Below are positions 52,071-64,000 of a stretch of 64,000 bases of DNA, one piece after another. The position numbers and the translations under genes were made by a program. A model generated the notes under the pieces. That model worked only from the letters and a program-made list of their open reading frames with translations. It was not told the DNA's origin and ran no database searches. Positions within the stretch are counted from its first letter, which is position 1. Each line of letters starts with the position of its first letter. Origin of the DNA: Ginglymostoma cirratum (Eukaryota); contig JAHRHZ010000003.1 in the NCBI GenBank assembly GCA_024137785.1, positions 6,696,657 through 6,760,656 of the forward strand, given 5' to 3'.

Positions 52071-55000
52071 TGAGACTGAATTGGAAATAGCAAGCTTTTG
52101 TTGCCTGGGTTTGGGAGGTGCATTAAACTCACTCCTCCTGATTACGACACAAAGGTTGGCTTTGGGTGAAGACTGGATCCATCTTAGACAGAACGCCCAA
52201 TGTAGTTCAATAGCTTGCTGATACTTAGAAAGCAGGTACTTTGGCAAGATGCCAGCAGCCATCAAACCCTACTGTCATAGCTCGCATTCAGGAAAGCAAG
52301 AGATGACAGGTATCTCCTGGTCTGAAAAAAGGAAACATTTTACCTGTATATGACATCTTTATCATGCTTCGATATCATCCTTGAAAAATACTTAGTTGTG
52401 CCTATCGTTTGTAAATGAACAGGCTAACCCTCACATGCATGATTTTGAATGACACTGCATTTCTTGACAGATTCCACCTTTTGTCAACAATCTGTGTTGC
52501 GCAATGAGTCATTCATAAACACAGAAGGTTCCAAACCCCACAGCTGTGCATGTGTGGGTGTGCGTATTATAAGTCCCGAGGCGAAGGAAGCGTCTATATT
52601 GTGTGAAGAATCTGACTTACCTACATGCTATAATGGTCTTTACTTGTAACACAAAAATTTCCAGAGTCCTTACAAAGGTGGTAATTATTAAAAATTGGCT
52701 ACCTAAGAAATTGTCTTGACACTGTTTAGTAATTAGGAAATGGTGACTGCTACTCAGTCAAAGTCCTCTCCTTTGCCACTGTGCCTATCTATGAACAAGG
52801 CAAGTCCGCCATGTATTCCAGTGCAAAGTACAAGGTCAAGGGCAGTGTTGGGAATTTGAGGAACAAATGGGTGATGCTAAACACACACAAGCGTTAAAAA
52901 CCTACTGTTGTGTTTCTGGAATTGTGGACAGCTCACTCTGATCGAAGCAATAGAGCAATATTTGTAGATGAATGGGTAAAGATCCAAAACAAGTTGAAAA
53001 TGGACATACTCATTGAAAGGTGCCCATGTCAAAATGTCCAATATCCCCAACTTGACTCAAATTTGGAATAAGAACAGTACAGAATAGCTTTAAAGTAACC
53101 TGAAATTTACATTTTAGCAGTTGATGCAAAGTTAGAGTATTTTGAAGTCATAAATGCAAATTATTGAGAGTATGTATGAAAGCAGTGCTAAGGTAGAACA
53201 TCAGTCATAGTTTTCTTGAAAGGGAAATCAAAGCCCATCGGAGCAAAGGTCATTTCATTCAATTTCTAACAGCCAAGACCATGACAACTCTCGGGATCAT
53301 CTCTTTCATATCTTTCAACATCCACATTCACATTCTAGTCTGTGTCCAGTTCTCCTATATTCTTGTTCTATTTGCAGCAACTGTCAAGTGATTTTCGTCA
53401 CTGTTACGCTTAAGGCACTGTAGCTGTATCATGTGGAGTTAGATATGCACAATCATGGACAGCAAAAGACAAGTTGCCCACGGTGCGCAGTTGCATTCCC
53501 CACCACTCCAAGCAGTACACTGTTCCAAGGAATAGATAGATAAAACTCTTTCCAATCTTTCGGGAGAAATATGAAAAAAGCTCCCCTGAAGTGATTGAAC
53601 CGAATCCAGAAGATGTGATCAGCATAACACTGTCTTCTCAGAGGGTATCCCGCATGAGCCAAAAAATCTGTCCAGTTCTTGCGTGAAGGGTTTCAGCCAC
53701 TTTGGCTCAGCTGCAGCGACCTGTTGTACAAGTCCAATCCTTTTTAGTAAAAGAACCATCTCCTCATATAGGACTTGGCACAAACTTCACTAATGACAGT
53801 AAAACAAAAGCCATTGGCCAGAAACACAGAAGGTGCCACTACATGTTGGCAAGATGCGGTACTTAACACAGTACAAATTATAATCAGTCTATCCTTTGAT
53901 CTCAGTTTATGAATATACAATTATCTGGTTTAAAAAAAACTTCTACTTTTGAGTGACTAACTCTGGAGTCTGCACCCTCAAACATGTGAAGGGGAGAAAA
54001 AAAGTGTCCATTGAAGAAACATGATAAAATAGCACCTGCTTTAAAATGTGTGTCGAATTAGCTAACAGCTAATTTCTTGTGATGTCTCCCAGTTATTAGG
54101 CCATGTTCACACATGGCAGAAGAGTGGCCAGAAAGGACTAACCCTCAACAGGGCACAAAACAGCAGGAATGAGGAAACACACTCCTAACAAATTAATGAT
54201 AAAACTGTCTGGTCAGACCATCTGTATTTGCACAAAAAAAAACGATGTACTTATTTTGCAAATTTTATGTCCGAAAGTGCTTCATAACTAAAATTCAGTA
54301 GTTCTGCAGTGCTGTCCATGGTGTGACATAGGGAAATGGCAGTCACAACAAAGATTCCACAAATAGCAATGTCTTAACAGCCAGATAATCTGGTTTTTGT
54401 GATGTTGTTTGAGCAGTAAATATTGGTCAAGGGCATGGGGAATAATGCCCCACCCTTCTTCAAAATAGATCCACAGGACTTTTCATGCTCACCTGACACT
54501 GCCTCTGTTTTAACATGTCATTTGGAAAACAGCACCAAGATTTTTATGCTCAAGGCCGTGACAGAAGAGAGGGGGGAAAACAGAAAATGACCATTCCTTC
54601 ATAACTTTCAGTCTTCAGCAAACTGCTTATGCAAGGCGATAAAGGTGAACAAATAGAATTAGCATCACTTTTTAATTGTGATCATGACTAAGTCCATTGA
54701 TTTGCAATGAGTGAATTAATTACATTTAATTTTATGAGATTCCAAAGAGCAAGACGTAGGAAAATGGCAGTCAATTTGCACACACAAAAATTCCAAAAAC
54801 TGCAACGTGATAACAGCCAAATAATCTGGATTTTTGTGATGTCAGGTACACAGTAGATGAATGGAAAAGGAAAGAAAGAATAGATTCAGAGACAGAAAAA
54901 GAGATACAAAAGCAAACTGTGTTACATTCGGTACACACCATTAATTTACTCAAGTTCAGGCCTAAATGTGGAGAGCAAGTTAAACCAGCACACAAAATTA

Positions 55001-57381
55001 GAATCAGAGTCCAAGTTTTTGGAATTATACATTTTGTCCCATGCACAAATACGTTCAACTTAGGCTCAGTAGCTGCAGTAACAACACTGAATCCTTATGC
55101 AAGGGAGATGAACAAAATTTGGAGGTGCTGAATCTTGACAGTGGGGGTGGCCAAACACAAGCCAGAAAATGTAACTTTCTTTGTGCAATTTAAACGAAGT
55201 ATAACTAACTACAGACACTTCGAACTTGACGTGATTCCTCAAAGTATGGTCCCACTGTGGCTAAGCCCTTAAGAAAGACTATAATGTTTAAACTTTCAGC
55301 TTTCTTTATTTTTAACTAAGAAGATCTGCAATGTCTAACTTTTATTTTGTATGTTTTACACTATATTGTAATTACTGCAATGTTTAACTTTTACCTTTGT
55401 TATTTCTTTCTTTCTACCCCTTTCCTCAGAATCTGTACCTAGGTACTTGGTCCGAAGATGGCGCCTTGTGTGGCGACATTATACAGTTTTCACCATACTC
55501 CTGTATTTTGTGCTCGAGTACATATGACAATAAAATCAAAATTAAATCAAATTATGCATAATATACATGATCTTGAAATCTCACTGTTGTTGCGACTTGT
55601 AACATGATTTGTTTTCAGTCATTTACTTGAAGTATGCATTCTACACCCATTCCTTCCTGTTCTGACCCATTTCCCGTTACTCAAGTTCTCACCAATCTCA
55701 GTCTGTCCCCTCTTCCTTCAAGTTAGAGTCCATTGTGAACAGGGATAAACTGATCTTGAAAATGGGAAGCAGCAAATGATACACCCAATGTTCACAAAGA
55801 TACACACACAGCTCGTCATCAGTCAGAAGTGAAATTTACTGAAGGAGGAACAATTGAAGATTTAGTTGAATAGAGACTTCTTTCTTAAGGAGAAAAAAGA
55901 AGTGGTTTTGAGAGGGCACAGAGCAGAAGGAGTGTGCAAGGAATTCCAAAACCTGGAGCAAAGCCTATGTGAGGGCCTGACTGCTCATCCTGCAGTGACG
56001 GGGTAGAAAATAGTGAGAATTAAAAGCAAACTTGGAGGAATACTGTAAAGCTAAAATACGCAGATACAAGGAAGCTGTAACACATGCAGAGAATAGTGGA
56101 AAACTTCAGCGGGTCACGTACAGAGCATAGATGCTCTACAAAACGCCACATATCAGTGGGCCTTATTGGACAACATGACATAAGTTGGGGAATCCTGAAT
56201 GAGCTGAATGACTGAGCTTGTGAACCCCAGTAGAGGGTGGAGAAAAAGAAAATGTTTTTGATCTTAGACATCTTGTTCATTAGGTATCATCGGCACATTC
56301 GCAAAAATTCAGCTCTATCAGGGTTACCCATCCTGACTGTAAGATGACTGGTCACAGGAAACATCATATTGAAGATCAAGTTTTTTTAATTGATCAATAC
56401 CCCTGGTGCTCAGTTTCCACCAAGACCTCACGAGGTAATTGACATTTGGTCTATTTTTTAAAACAGTAACATTAGACTGAAAGTCCCACAGGAATTTGGG
56501 CAGTTCTTTCCACAGGCAATTTGCAGGATGCAATAGGAAACAGTGGGAACTAACTTCAAATAAAATCATGGTATATTTCAGCATGAGCAGCTTTTGGAAA
56601 TCAATATTCATAAACCAGTGGCTCATCGTTGTACATAATCCAGAGGAGAGTGGAACAATCCAGTCACAGGATAGCCCTGCTGACTTCATGTTCTGGAGTT
56701 TAGGATGAAAAAGTCAAAGCTACAAGGAAAGTATATTTCACTGACATGTCAGCAACGACTTGGTTGCAATACCACCTCTAACATGGCTAAACATACAATA
56801 ATGTTACACGCAACAAAGTTTGACATGGAGTGACAAAAGAAGAAATTAAAGGTAGATGAGCATAAGGTTGGTACAAGATTTGACAAGCTTCTTAAAGGAG
56901 AAGAGCGAGATGGAAGTGCAGCAGGGGAAATGCAGTGAAGCTCTGGAAGTGAATTCCACAGTTTAGATCCTGGGCAGCTAAAATGATGGGGCAACGAAAA
57001 AATCAGTGATAAAGGGGCCAGAACTGGGAGGAACTCAGACGGCTCGGCCAAGTTCAAAGTGCCCATGTCTTAACTCTGCGTCGTTTTCTCCATTTGCTTC
57101 CCCAGAGTAACTGGGGCACACCTTCCATGCATTGCCAAACTACCTGAACAGACACAGTAGTGGGGAGAGCAAAGAATCTATACTGCTTTGAGAGTCTGCA
57201 GACCAGGCAACAAGTTACCCTATTGCTCTCGCTTCATTCATCAACTCAGGGTGGCTCTGCTGCTGTAATAGCCAATCTACACGCAGAGAGGGAGAGAAAG
57301 AAGACAGGCCCTGATAACAAGACTCATTCTGGTACATTAATACCAAAGGAAAAAGCAAGCAACAAATCAGAGCTGGCATTT

Positions 57382-57465
57382 TTTATTAAATTCAACTTAC
57401 TGAGAAGCCTAATTTTATTCAATCTTTGTTATTAGAAGTAGCTTTGCATAAACAGGCTATTTATT
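57382..57465 (-). terminator. Cluster of three AATAAA signals ending the MARCHF5-like 3'UTR
   Basis: tttatt on + at 57382, 57414 and 57460, about 0.9 kb past the stop codon. Confidence 0.55.
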
Positions 57466-58342
57466 TGGGCTGCCACAGCAGGGAAAACAGAAAATTCTAT
57501 TAAAAATAAATATTTCCTGTGGGTTTAGAAAAAAAACACTAAACTATCCAACTTTTAAATATACTTTTATAAAATTAAGTCACTTATTTTGATATGCTTG
57601 TTTCAGCCACATGCAAGAGCATAAAAGTTCCCTCTGTGGGGCAGAAGCTTGTGAAACTCCACTGAATGCCAAGCTTAACTTGTCACTACATTTCCTTCTT
57701 CCTTGTGGCCTGAAATATCACAGGACCTGGCAAAAGAATTTTTAGTCTGCACTAAAAGTTGCCAAGAATCTAATTTGCTTACAAGGTCCACAGAGATCAC
57801 TTCAGATCCCACCCATGTTTCTGATACTCTATGTCGATCTCTTTTATAATCTGCACAGCCAGGCGTTTCTTACCGACCCGAGATTGAGTGCTTTCTCCTC
57901 TCGAGCAAATGCCATGAGAATGCTGTTCAACATACAGGTTCTCCCAGCTTTCAGACAGACACCGAGGGGGCACAATTAGAACTCTGCATCCTACAATCAG
58001 AGAAATCACACCCTGCCAAGTCACGGTGTCGCACGTCCACGGCAAGTCTCAACCAAGGCACTGCTCGAGACCTTGGCCGCTCGCAGGAAAGTGCTGAGGA
58101 GTTTGAAATATGGATAAAAACGTAGTAAAAGAGATTAAACAATGTAATACCAATTAAAAAACGAGCAGAGATATTCAGTCCATGTCTAAAAAGAAACCAG
58201 TGGGACCGGAACAACTGGGGCTGGATTCGAGGTCAGCTCTCCGGAAGCACGGTGACGTCCCAGAGTGCCAATTCCATTAGGGGCTGAAGTGAAAACAGTC
58301 TATCTCAGCTCACACCTGTTCAAATCTCAGCAAATCACCACT

Positions 58343-58501
58343 TTAGTCACTTCCAGAGTCCTCGTAGCCTGCCTGGAGTTCTTCCTGGTCATCTTCTTGC
58401 TCAGGGTAGTTGAGAATCCGGCGGTTTGCTTGGATCAGATATTGCTGTTGTCTGAAGTAAACCTTTAAGGCCCCTTTGATGGCAATGAAGGCAATCCCGC
58501 C
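58343..58501 (-). CDS. MARCHF5: MARCHF5-like final coding exon (GGIAFIAIKGALKVYFRQQQYLIQANRRILNYPEQEDDQEELQAGYEDSGSD*)
   Basis: Not in the ORF track; translated by hand. cttgtttag acceptor; TAA at 58343-58345; matches the MARCH5 C-terminal TM segment and ILNYPE motif. Confidence 0.93.
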   Translation of the reverse strand, partial: GGIAFIAIKGALKVYFRQQQYLIQANRRILNYPEQEDDQEELQAGYEDSGSD

Positions 58502-59419
58502 CTAAACAAGGAAGGGTGGGAGAGAGAGACATACACACAGAAAGTGACTCTTAATGCACAGCAAGATAACTGCAAAGTGCCATGGATCCATAACGCTTAT
58601 TCTAGTCATTTTCAGCCCGACTGTCCTTGCTTTACAACGCCATTCATATATACACCAGCAACTCGAATTTCACAAGACAGGAGACAGCCATTTGTACTCT
58701 CTCAATGATCTGTCCATATCCCATTATACTGGCTTTCCCCACTGTTTTACCCATTTTGTTGAACAACTTTCCACAGCACTGTAATATTTGGATTCAGCAT
58801 TCTGTTGCTATCACTGACTCATCATTTCAACTCCTGACAATTTTCATCCAACCTCCTCCTTCACTGTTCTATTGATAGCCTCCCAATTACCAAGCTGCTC
58901 CTCAGTGAAAGCAGTTTACCCGCCCCTTTGCAAACCTCAACAAAACCACTCAATTCGCTTCACTCCAATTCAAAATTCTTTGGTTGAAACCATCCATCAT
59001 CAATGAGACAGCTTAAGCCCATGCAACATTGGTTTATTTCTTAACAAATATAAGAAAACCATTGGCACAAGTATACAGAGCCTTGTGTCGGTCTTACAGA
59101 ATTCACTTTGGATTATTCTCAAATTAACCTCGGTTGAATTTACAGTGGTTCAGACTGGACACTTCCTCTATCAGTGTAAGACTTTCAAAGAGAACACAAA
59201 ATCTTGATTTTCCTGATTTGCTTTTCCCCTCCAAGCGTTTGCTATGAACACAACACGAGCCCCTTGATCAGAAACCTCTGATCTTGCCCCAAGACAGGAG
59301 ACGATTGCAATGGGATTACACTGTAAGAGTATTGAAATTTAACTGCAATTATCCAAAGGCTTTGCTGACAATATACCCACTGACTTACACAGTTGCCCAA
59401 GAGGACTGCAACCAATGCA

Positions 59420-59700
59420 GAGTGGTTGGAGGGCATAGTTTTTAAGTGAGAGAAGGATTTAAAAGGTACCTGATGGGGCAATCTTTTCCCAAAAAGGCTG
59501 GTTCATATACGGAATGAACTGCCAGAGGAAATGGTAGAGGCAGGTACAGTTACAAAATTTAAAAGACATTTGGACAGGTACATGAATAAGGAAGGTTTAG
59601 AAGCATATGGGCCAAATGCAGGTAAACGGGACTGGTTTAGTTTGAGAAACTTGGTCAGCATGAATGAGTCGAACCGAAGGGTCTGTTTCTACGGGTGGCT
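59420..59700 (+). mobile_element. CR1 3' fragment in a MARCHF5-like intron
   Basis: VEAGTVTKFKRHLDRYMN peptide typical of CR1 ORF2 C-termini. Confidence 0.75.
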
Positions 59701-60325
59701 TATAAGATCTGAACAGTATGAAACTATATTCTCTTGACTTGAGGTGATATCATCGAAATATATGAAGATTGTAAAGAGCTTGACAGGACAGGTTGTGCGA
59801 ACTTGTATACGCCCTTTTGGAGAACTTTCCACATTGACAGGGCATGAGTTATTTTGTTAGTGAACAGAGAAGCCAAGAGGTGAATGACCAGCTCATCTAC
59901 TTTTGACAGTGTCCAACGTGGAACGAATGGCAAGTGAGGGAACCAGATACACCCCTTCCAACAATATCACGAGATCAATGGAATGGAAAATCGAGTCGTA
60001 ACCATGGTTTTAGCTCTTAACCTGAAGGACAGGACAAGCCACAATATGCTTCACGTTCAGCATCAGCTTAGAAAATGTACTCAAGCTGGGCTTGAATGAT
60101 GCACATCTATAATAAAGATATACCAAGATGAGTTATGTTTGCATTGAGGAAATGCAAAGCCTTAAAGTCAGCCTCACTCAAGATGATGAGCCAAAGCAGT
60201 GCATGATCCAGAACAAACAAAGACCAATGCTGCAAGTGAAACTGAGTCCCAGCACAAGTCAATGCATTCGGCACAGTTGGGGGGGGCGGGGGGTGGAATT
60301 CAAGGACATGGGTATGGATACTCAC

Positions 60326-60492
60326 CAAGATAGTTCGCTGGAGATTGGAGTGCACACCACTGAACAGGAGCTTGCCAACCATGCTGGAGATTGTGGGGAA
60401 CACAAGGGCACCACACAAGATGCGGGAGACGGACATGTGGTCACTCTGATAGCTCGTCTCAGCTGGTACTCGAGGAATGGGGCATCCTAAAC
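60326..60492 (-). CDS. MARCHF5: MARCHF5-like penultimate exon (167 nt; GLGCPIPRVPAE...SRILCGALVFPTISSMVGKLLFSGVHSNLQRTIL)
   Basis: atgcag acceptor and TTG|gtgagt donor; phase-consistent with both neighbouring exons. Confidence 0.93.
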
Positions 60493-61579
60493 CTGCATAA
60501 TGTTGAAGCATCAACACAACCTGAATAATGCACAAAATGAAGGTGCTGCATGCACACCCAGTCAAACTGCTAGTGCAAGGATGACTTCATTGTTCATTTC
60601 TCAATGCAGCCTGAAACAACTAAAAATGACACCAATCAGGTCCTGGCAGCATCTGTGGAGAGAAAACTATGTTAACGTTTCAATTTCAGTGATGCTTATT
60701 CCAGATGTTTTCTCCTTACAGATGCTGTCAGAGCTGCTGAGTTCCTCCAGCAATTTCTGTTTTTGTTTCAGATCTCCAGCATCTGCAGTTCTTCGTTTTA
60801 TCTATCAGGTCCTCTCCAGCATTTACCAATTCATCATTTTCAATTGTACCACTCAAACAAGAGAGAAGATGGACAATCGCAGCAAAAGGTGGACACACAA
60901 TGTGGTTAGAAAACATCAAATGCCATGCAGAAACGGGAGAGATGGTGTCAGAAATACCATGAGAACAAGAGACTCCAAGATTGAAGAGTGGATGAGACTA
61001 ATGGAAATACTGGGAGGTTAAAAGAAAGAAAAGACAGTGACACAAGATACACAGTTGTCTGAAACATCCCAAGACTCTTTACAGGAACATTGTGTTTGCC
61101 AATTTGTACAAGGCCACTTAAGGAGATCATAAAGCATCTGGAATAAAGAGGTCAATTTTAAGAAGGTTCTCAAAAGAGGAGGGACAGGTTAGCAAGGCGG
61201 AAAGATAATGTCAGAGCTGAGAACCAAGTCAGCAGTCGGCACTACCATCAATCGATTAAAATTAGGGATCAGGTGGCCAGGATTAGATCACTGCAGAGAT
61301 CTTGGAGAGTTGCAGAGTTGGAGGAGGTACACAAATTGGGAGTTGGAAGGCTATGCAGAGATATGAAAATGAACAAAAGAATTTAGTTTTGGTATGACAT
61401 CACATCTGACGTGCATCAGCCAAAACAGATGTCATTAATGCAAAAACAGCTGGTTATCAATGAGCATTTTCCATCCATGAGAAACGAGCAGATGATATAA
61501 CCATTTCAAATCTCGGATTCCTGTCTATGGTGACAATTCACAGCGAACAGTGATTCATAGGCTTAGCCTGCAGTCTCAC

Positions 61580-61763
61580 CTGGGAAAATGTTACTGAGAA
61601 CCTGCAGCTTGCTGGAGTATTTTCGCCACATGCGAAGCACAAAGTCCTCCCACCGGATCATCTTGGCCAGAATAAGCATCACAGGAATGGTGGGCAGGCC
61701 CATCAGCAGGAACAGTGGGTCTGCCCGCTCCATTAGGTCCAAACCTTTCTTGTGTCCGACAAC
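61580..61763 (-). CDS. MARCHF5: MARCHF5-like E3 ubiquitin ligase, internal exon (184 nt; VVGHKKGLDLMERADPLFLLMGLPTIPVMLILAKMIRWED...); earlier exons lie beyond the window
   Basis: tctgcag acceptor and G|gtgaga donor; close match to the MARCH5 ERADPLFLLIGLPTIPVMLILGKMIRWED segment. Confidence 0.93.
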
Positions 61764-62725
61764 CTGCAGAAAGATCAACACAGATCAAGTTACCGAACAA
61801 TGTTCTCCAAAACCCAATTTGTTTGCATCTGATTACATAGGATATTTGGCAAAGAAACCAGAAAGTCAGCCCAGGCATTTCACTCAAGCCTCCACCCATC
61901 TTTCCTCATTGAGATTCACCATCTATTCCCTTCTCCCTTAAATGCTCACTTAACATCCCCTGCAAGAAATCTAAACCATTTACTTCAATTATTTTGTGTT
62001 GTAAAGAGTTCCACATTCTGTGAAAAGACGACATCTCTTCTGAATTCCTTGTTGGATTTCTTGGTGTCAATTTTATTTAACGCTCTCTCGTCATGCTCTT
62101 GCCAGCATTCTCTCCATTGATGACCACAAATATCAGAATGGGTGAATGAGACTGTTTGACTGTCTTCCTTCATCCTTCCCTCAAACCCTTCAACTCTCCG
62201 TGCACCATCTGTGTCTTAAATCAGCGCAAAGGTTCCAACTCAACTGCTTTTGACCCCACAGTGTTGAGCAAAAAAAGTCCCCTATATCAGCTGTTCATTT
62301 CTGTTCTTCATCTGCCACGGCTTAACTTCTGATATAAAGAGGAAATATCTCAAAAACAATTACCTACTTTTACATTTATTCCTAACAATAGAAAACTTTG
62401 CTAAATAGATAAAAATCTTATTTTTCTTATGTGTGAGATCTCAGCTCAGTTTTAAGAGCTACATTATTTGAAGGGCAGACAAACCCTGAAAGGGGGGGTG
62501 ATGGACATAAGGACCTAGTGATCTAAGGTTGCATGGCACTGCAATACTGTGGTAGAAAAAGCAATCGTGATCCTTTATTTTCTAAATAGAAGCAGACAGT
62601 CTACAGCCAACTAAGCTATGGTGAATCTTTCAAAAAACAAAAAATGCTTAGCCTCAACTGTAAAATGTACTGTCCAGTTCTAGACACCACAATTTGTAGG
62701 AAGAATGTGAAGGCATCAGAGAAGA

Positions 62726-64000
62726 TACAGAAAAGATTTCCAACAACGGCCCAGGATGATGGACTTTAGTTAAATGGATTGATTAACAAGAACTGCCTCA
62801 GCTTTGCCACGGAGAGGTTTGACAGCAGATTTAACGGATAACCTTAAAAACTAAAAGGGGTGTGAGCTGAGAAACTATTAAGAAACCACCACAAGCAAAA
62901 TGTTCGAGATCCAGAGGACACCAACGGGAACAAAAAATTGAAAAGAAGAAACGGTAACATGACAAAAAACATTTTGACGCAGCAAGTGGTTAAGGTCTAG
63001 AATTACTGTTCGAGAGTGTGGTGGTGGCAGGTACAATCATGGCTTTCTAATTAAAAGGGAATGAAATGTGAACGACTTGCGCCATCTTGGGGAAACTCAC
63101 CATGTTGAAGACAGATGTGGGGTCTCTGTTGTGTCTGAGGCCAACTGCTCAGAGACTGAGTCAAGATTTACCTGGAAGCAGTTGAGTCCTATACTCCACG
63201 ATGCTTCAGACGCTAAGGCAACTTGGAAGTGTCACCTCAAAATCTTGGACAAGATCCCACCAAATTTGAAGGCAAGAAAGATAGTTCTGTAGCAGCACCC
63301 TCTCCCAAAGCAATGTGGCCAGCATGGAGACATTAATCACTCAAAATCAGCTTCCACTCATATGCCTGAGACCAGTTTCTCAAAGACCCCCACAGTCCTA
63401 CTTGGGCCTTGGTTGGCACAGAAGACTCCAAGTAAGTCAGAATCAAATATCCCTGTTGACTCATGGGAGCCAATAGTTTGTAACCAACTAAACCAGAGAA
63501 AGCTCTTCTTTTGAAGGAGGAGGATGGGAGGGACCTGGGCAGGGAATGAGCACAGCAACAGATTTGGTTGCAAGCACATAGTGGTGGCCTTTAGGAAGTG
63601 CCGTGAACGTAGCAGTTAGAGTCATAGAGTTATACAGCACGGAAACAGACCCTTGGGTCCAACTTGTCCATTAGAACCAGATATCCTAAATTAATCCATT
63701 CCCATTTGCCAGCATGTGGCCCATATCCCTCTAAACCTTAACTACTTGCTGCGTCAAAACGTTTGTCATGTTACCGTTTCTTCTTTTCAATTTTGTTCCC
63801 ATTGGTGTCCTCTGGATCTCGAACATTTTGCTTGTGGGGGTTTCTTAATAGTTTCTCGGTTCACACCCCTTTTAGTTTTAAGGTTATCCGTTAAATCTGC
63901 TGTCAAACCTCTCCGTGGCAAAGCTGAGGCAGTTGTAGTTAAATGGATCGATTAACAAATGTCCATCATCCTCGGGCCATTGTTGTAAATCTTTTCTGTA
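62726..64000. repeat. Long inverted repeat: arms 62726-63000 and 63731-64000+, derived from a degenerate CR1
   Basis: aactgcctcagctttgccacggagaggtttgacagcagatttaacggataacctt and its exact reverse complement are both present. Confidence 0.92.

Noticed and set aside
53410-53730. Exon-like stretch in the intergenic region
   Set aside because: All three minus frames after the candidate acceptor hit stops, and no recognisable protein similarity was seen.
55300-55550. YY1-like AAGATGGCG motif and palindrome gtacctaggtac
   Set aside because: Embedded in what looks like a retroelement 3' tail (AATAAA followed by a short repeat), not a promoter.
60500-61021. 173-aa plus-strand ORF and the many other 60-170 aa ORFs
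   Set aside because: They overlap repeats, UTRs or antisense exons and show no domain signatures; expected by chance.
63090-63180. Donor-like gtgagt site inside the inverted-repeat loop, suggesting a circularising MARCHF5 exon
   Set aside because: The adjacent sequence does not encode the expected MARCHF5 upstream exon (ending ...YGAVTVMQ), which must lie beyond the window.

Overview
Vertebrate genomic DNA; the CR1 LINE, HE1/V-SINE and Deu-SINE-like repeats suggest a cartilaginous fish (inference). Two spliced genes lie on the minus strand. (1) A complete CPEB2/3/4-subfamily RNA-binding protein gene: 8 coding exons from 45875 down to 5773, all GT-AG and phase-consistent, 1713 nt / 570 aa, with a low-complexity N-terminus, two RRMs and a ZZ zinc finger, a putative ~4.9 kb 3'UTR ending near 870, and a CpG-rich 5' region at ~46-47 kb. 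(2) The last three coding exons of a MARCHF5-like mitochondrial E3 ligase (61763 to 58343). The rest is intron or intergenic DNA dense in retroelement fragments. Main points of interest: the CPEB copy is unusually divergent (repeated Arg losses at normally conserved positions, no recognisable ARxYGRRR microexon) and sits tandem rather than head-to-head with MARCHF5, so it may be a fourth ohnolog; its 3'UTR has an exact (UUAGGG)4 unit plus miR-26, miR-92 and CPE-variant motifs; its introns carry Penelope-type hammerhead-like cores on the sense strand; an inverted pair of ZNF143-type motifs lies upstream; and a long inverted repeat with an internal micro-inversion sits in a MARCHF5 intron. Comparisons to known proteins and repeats are from memory, not database searches, and repeat boundaries are approximate.
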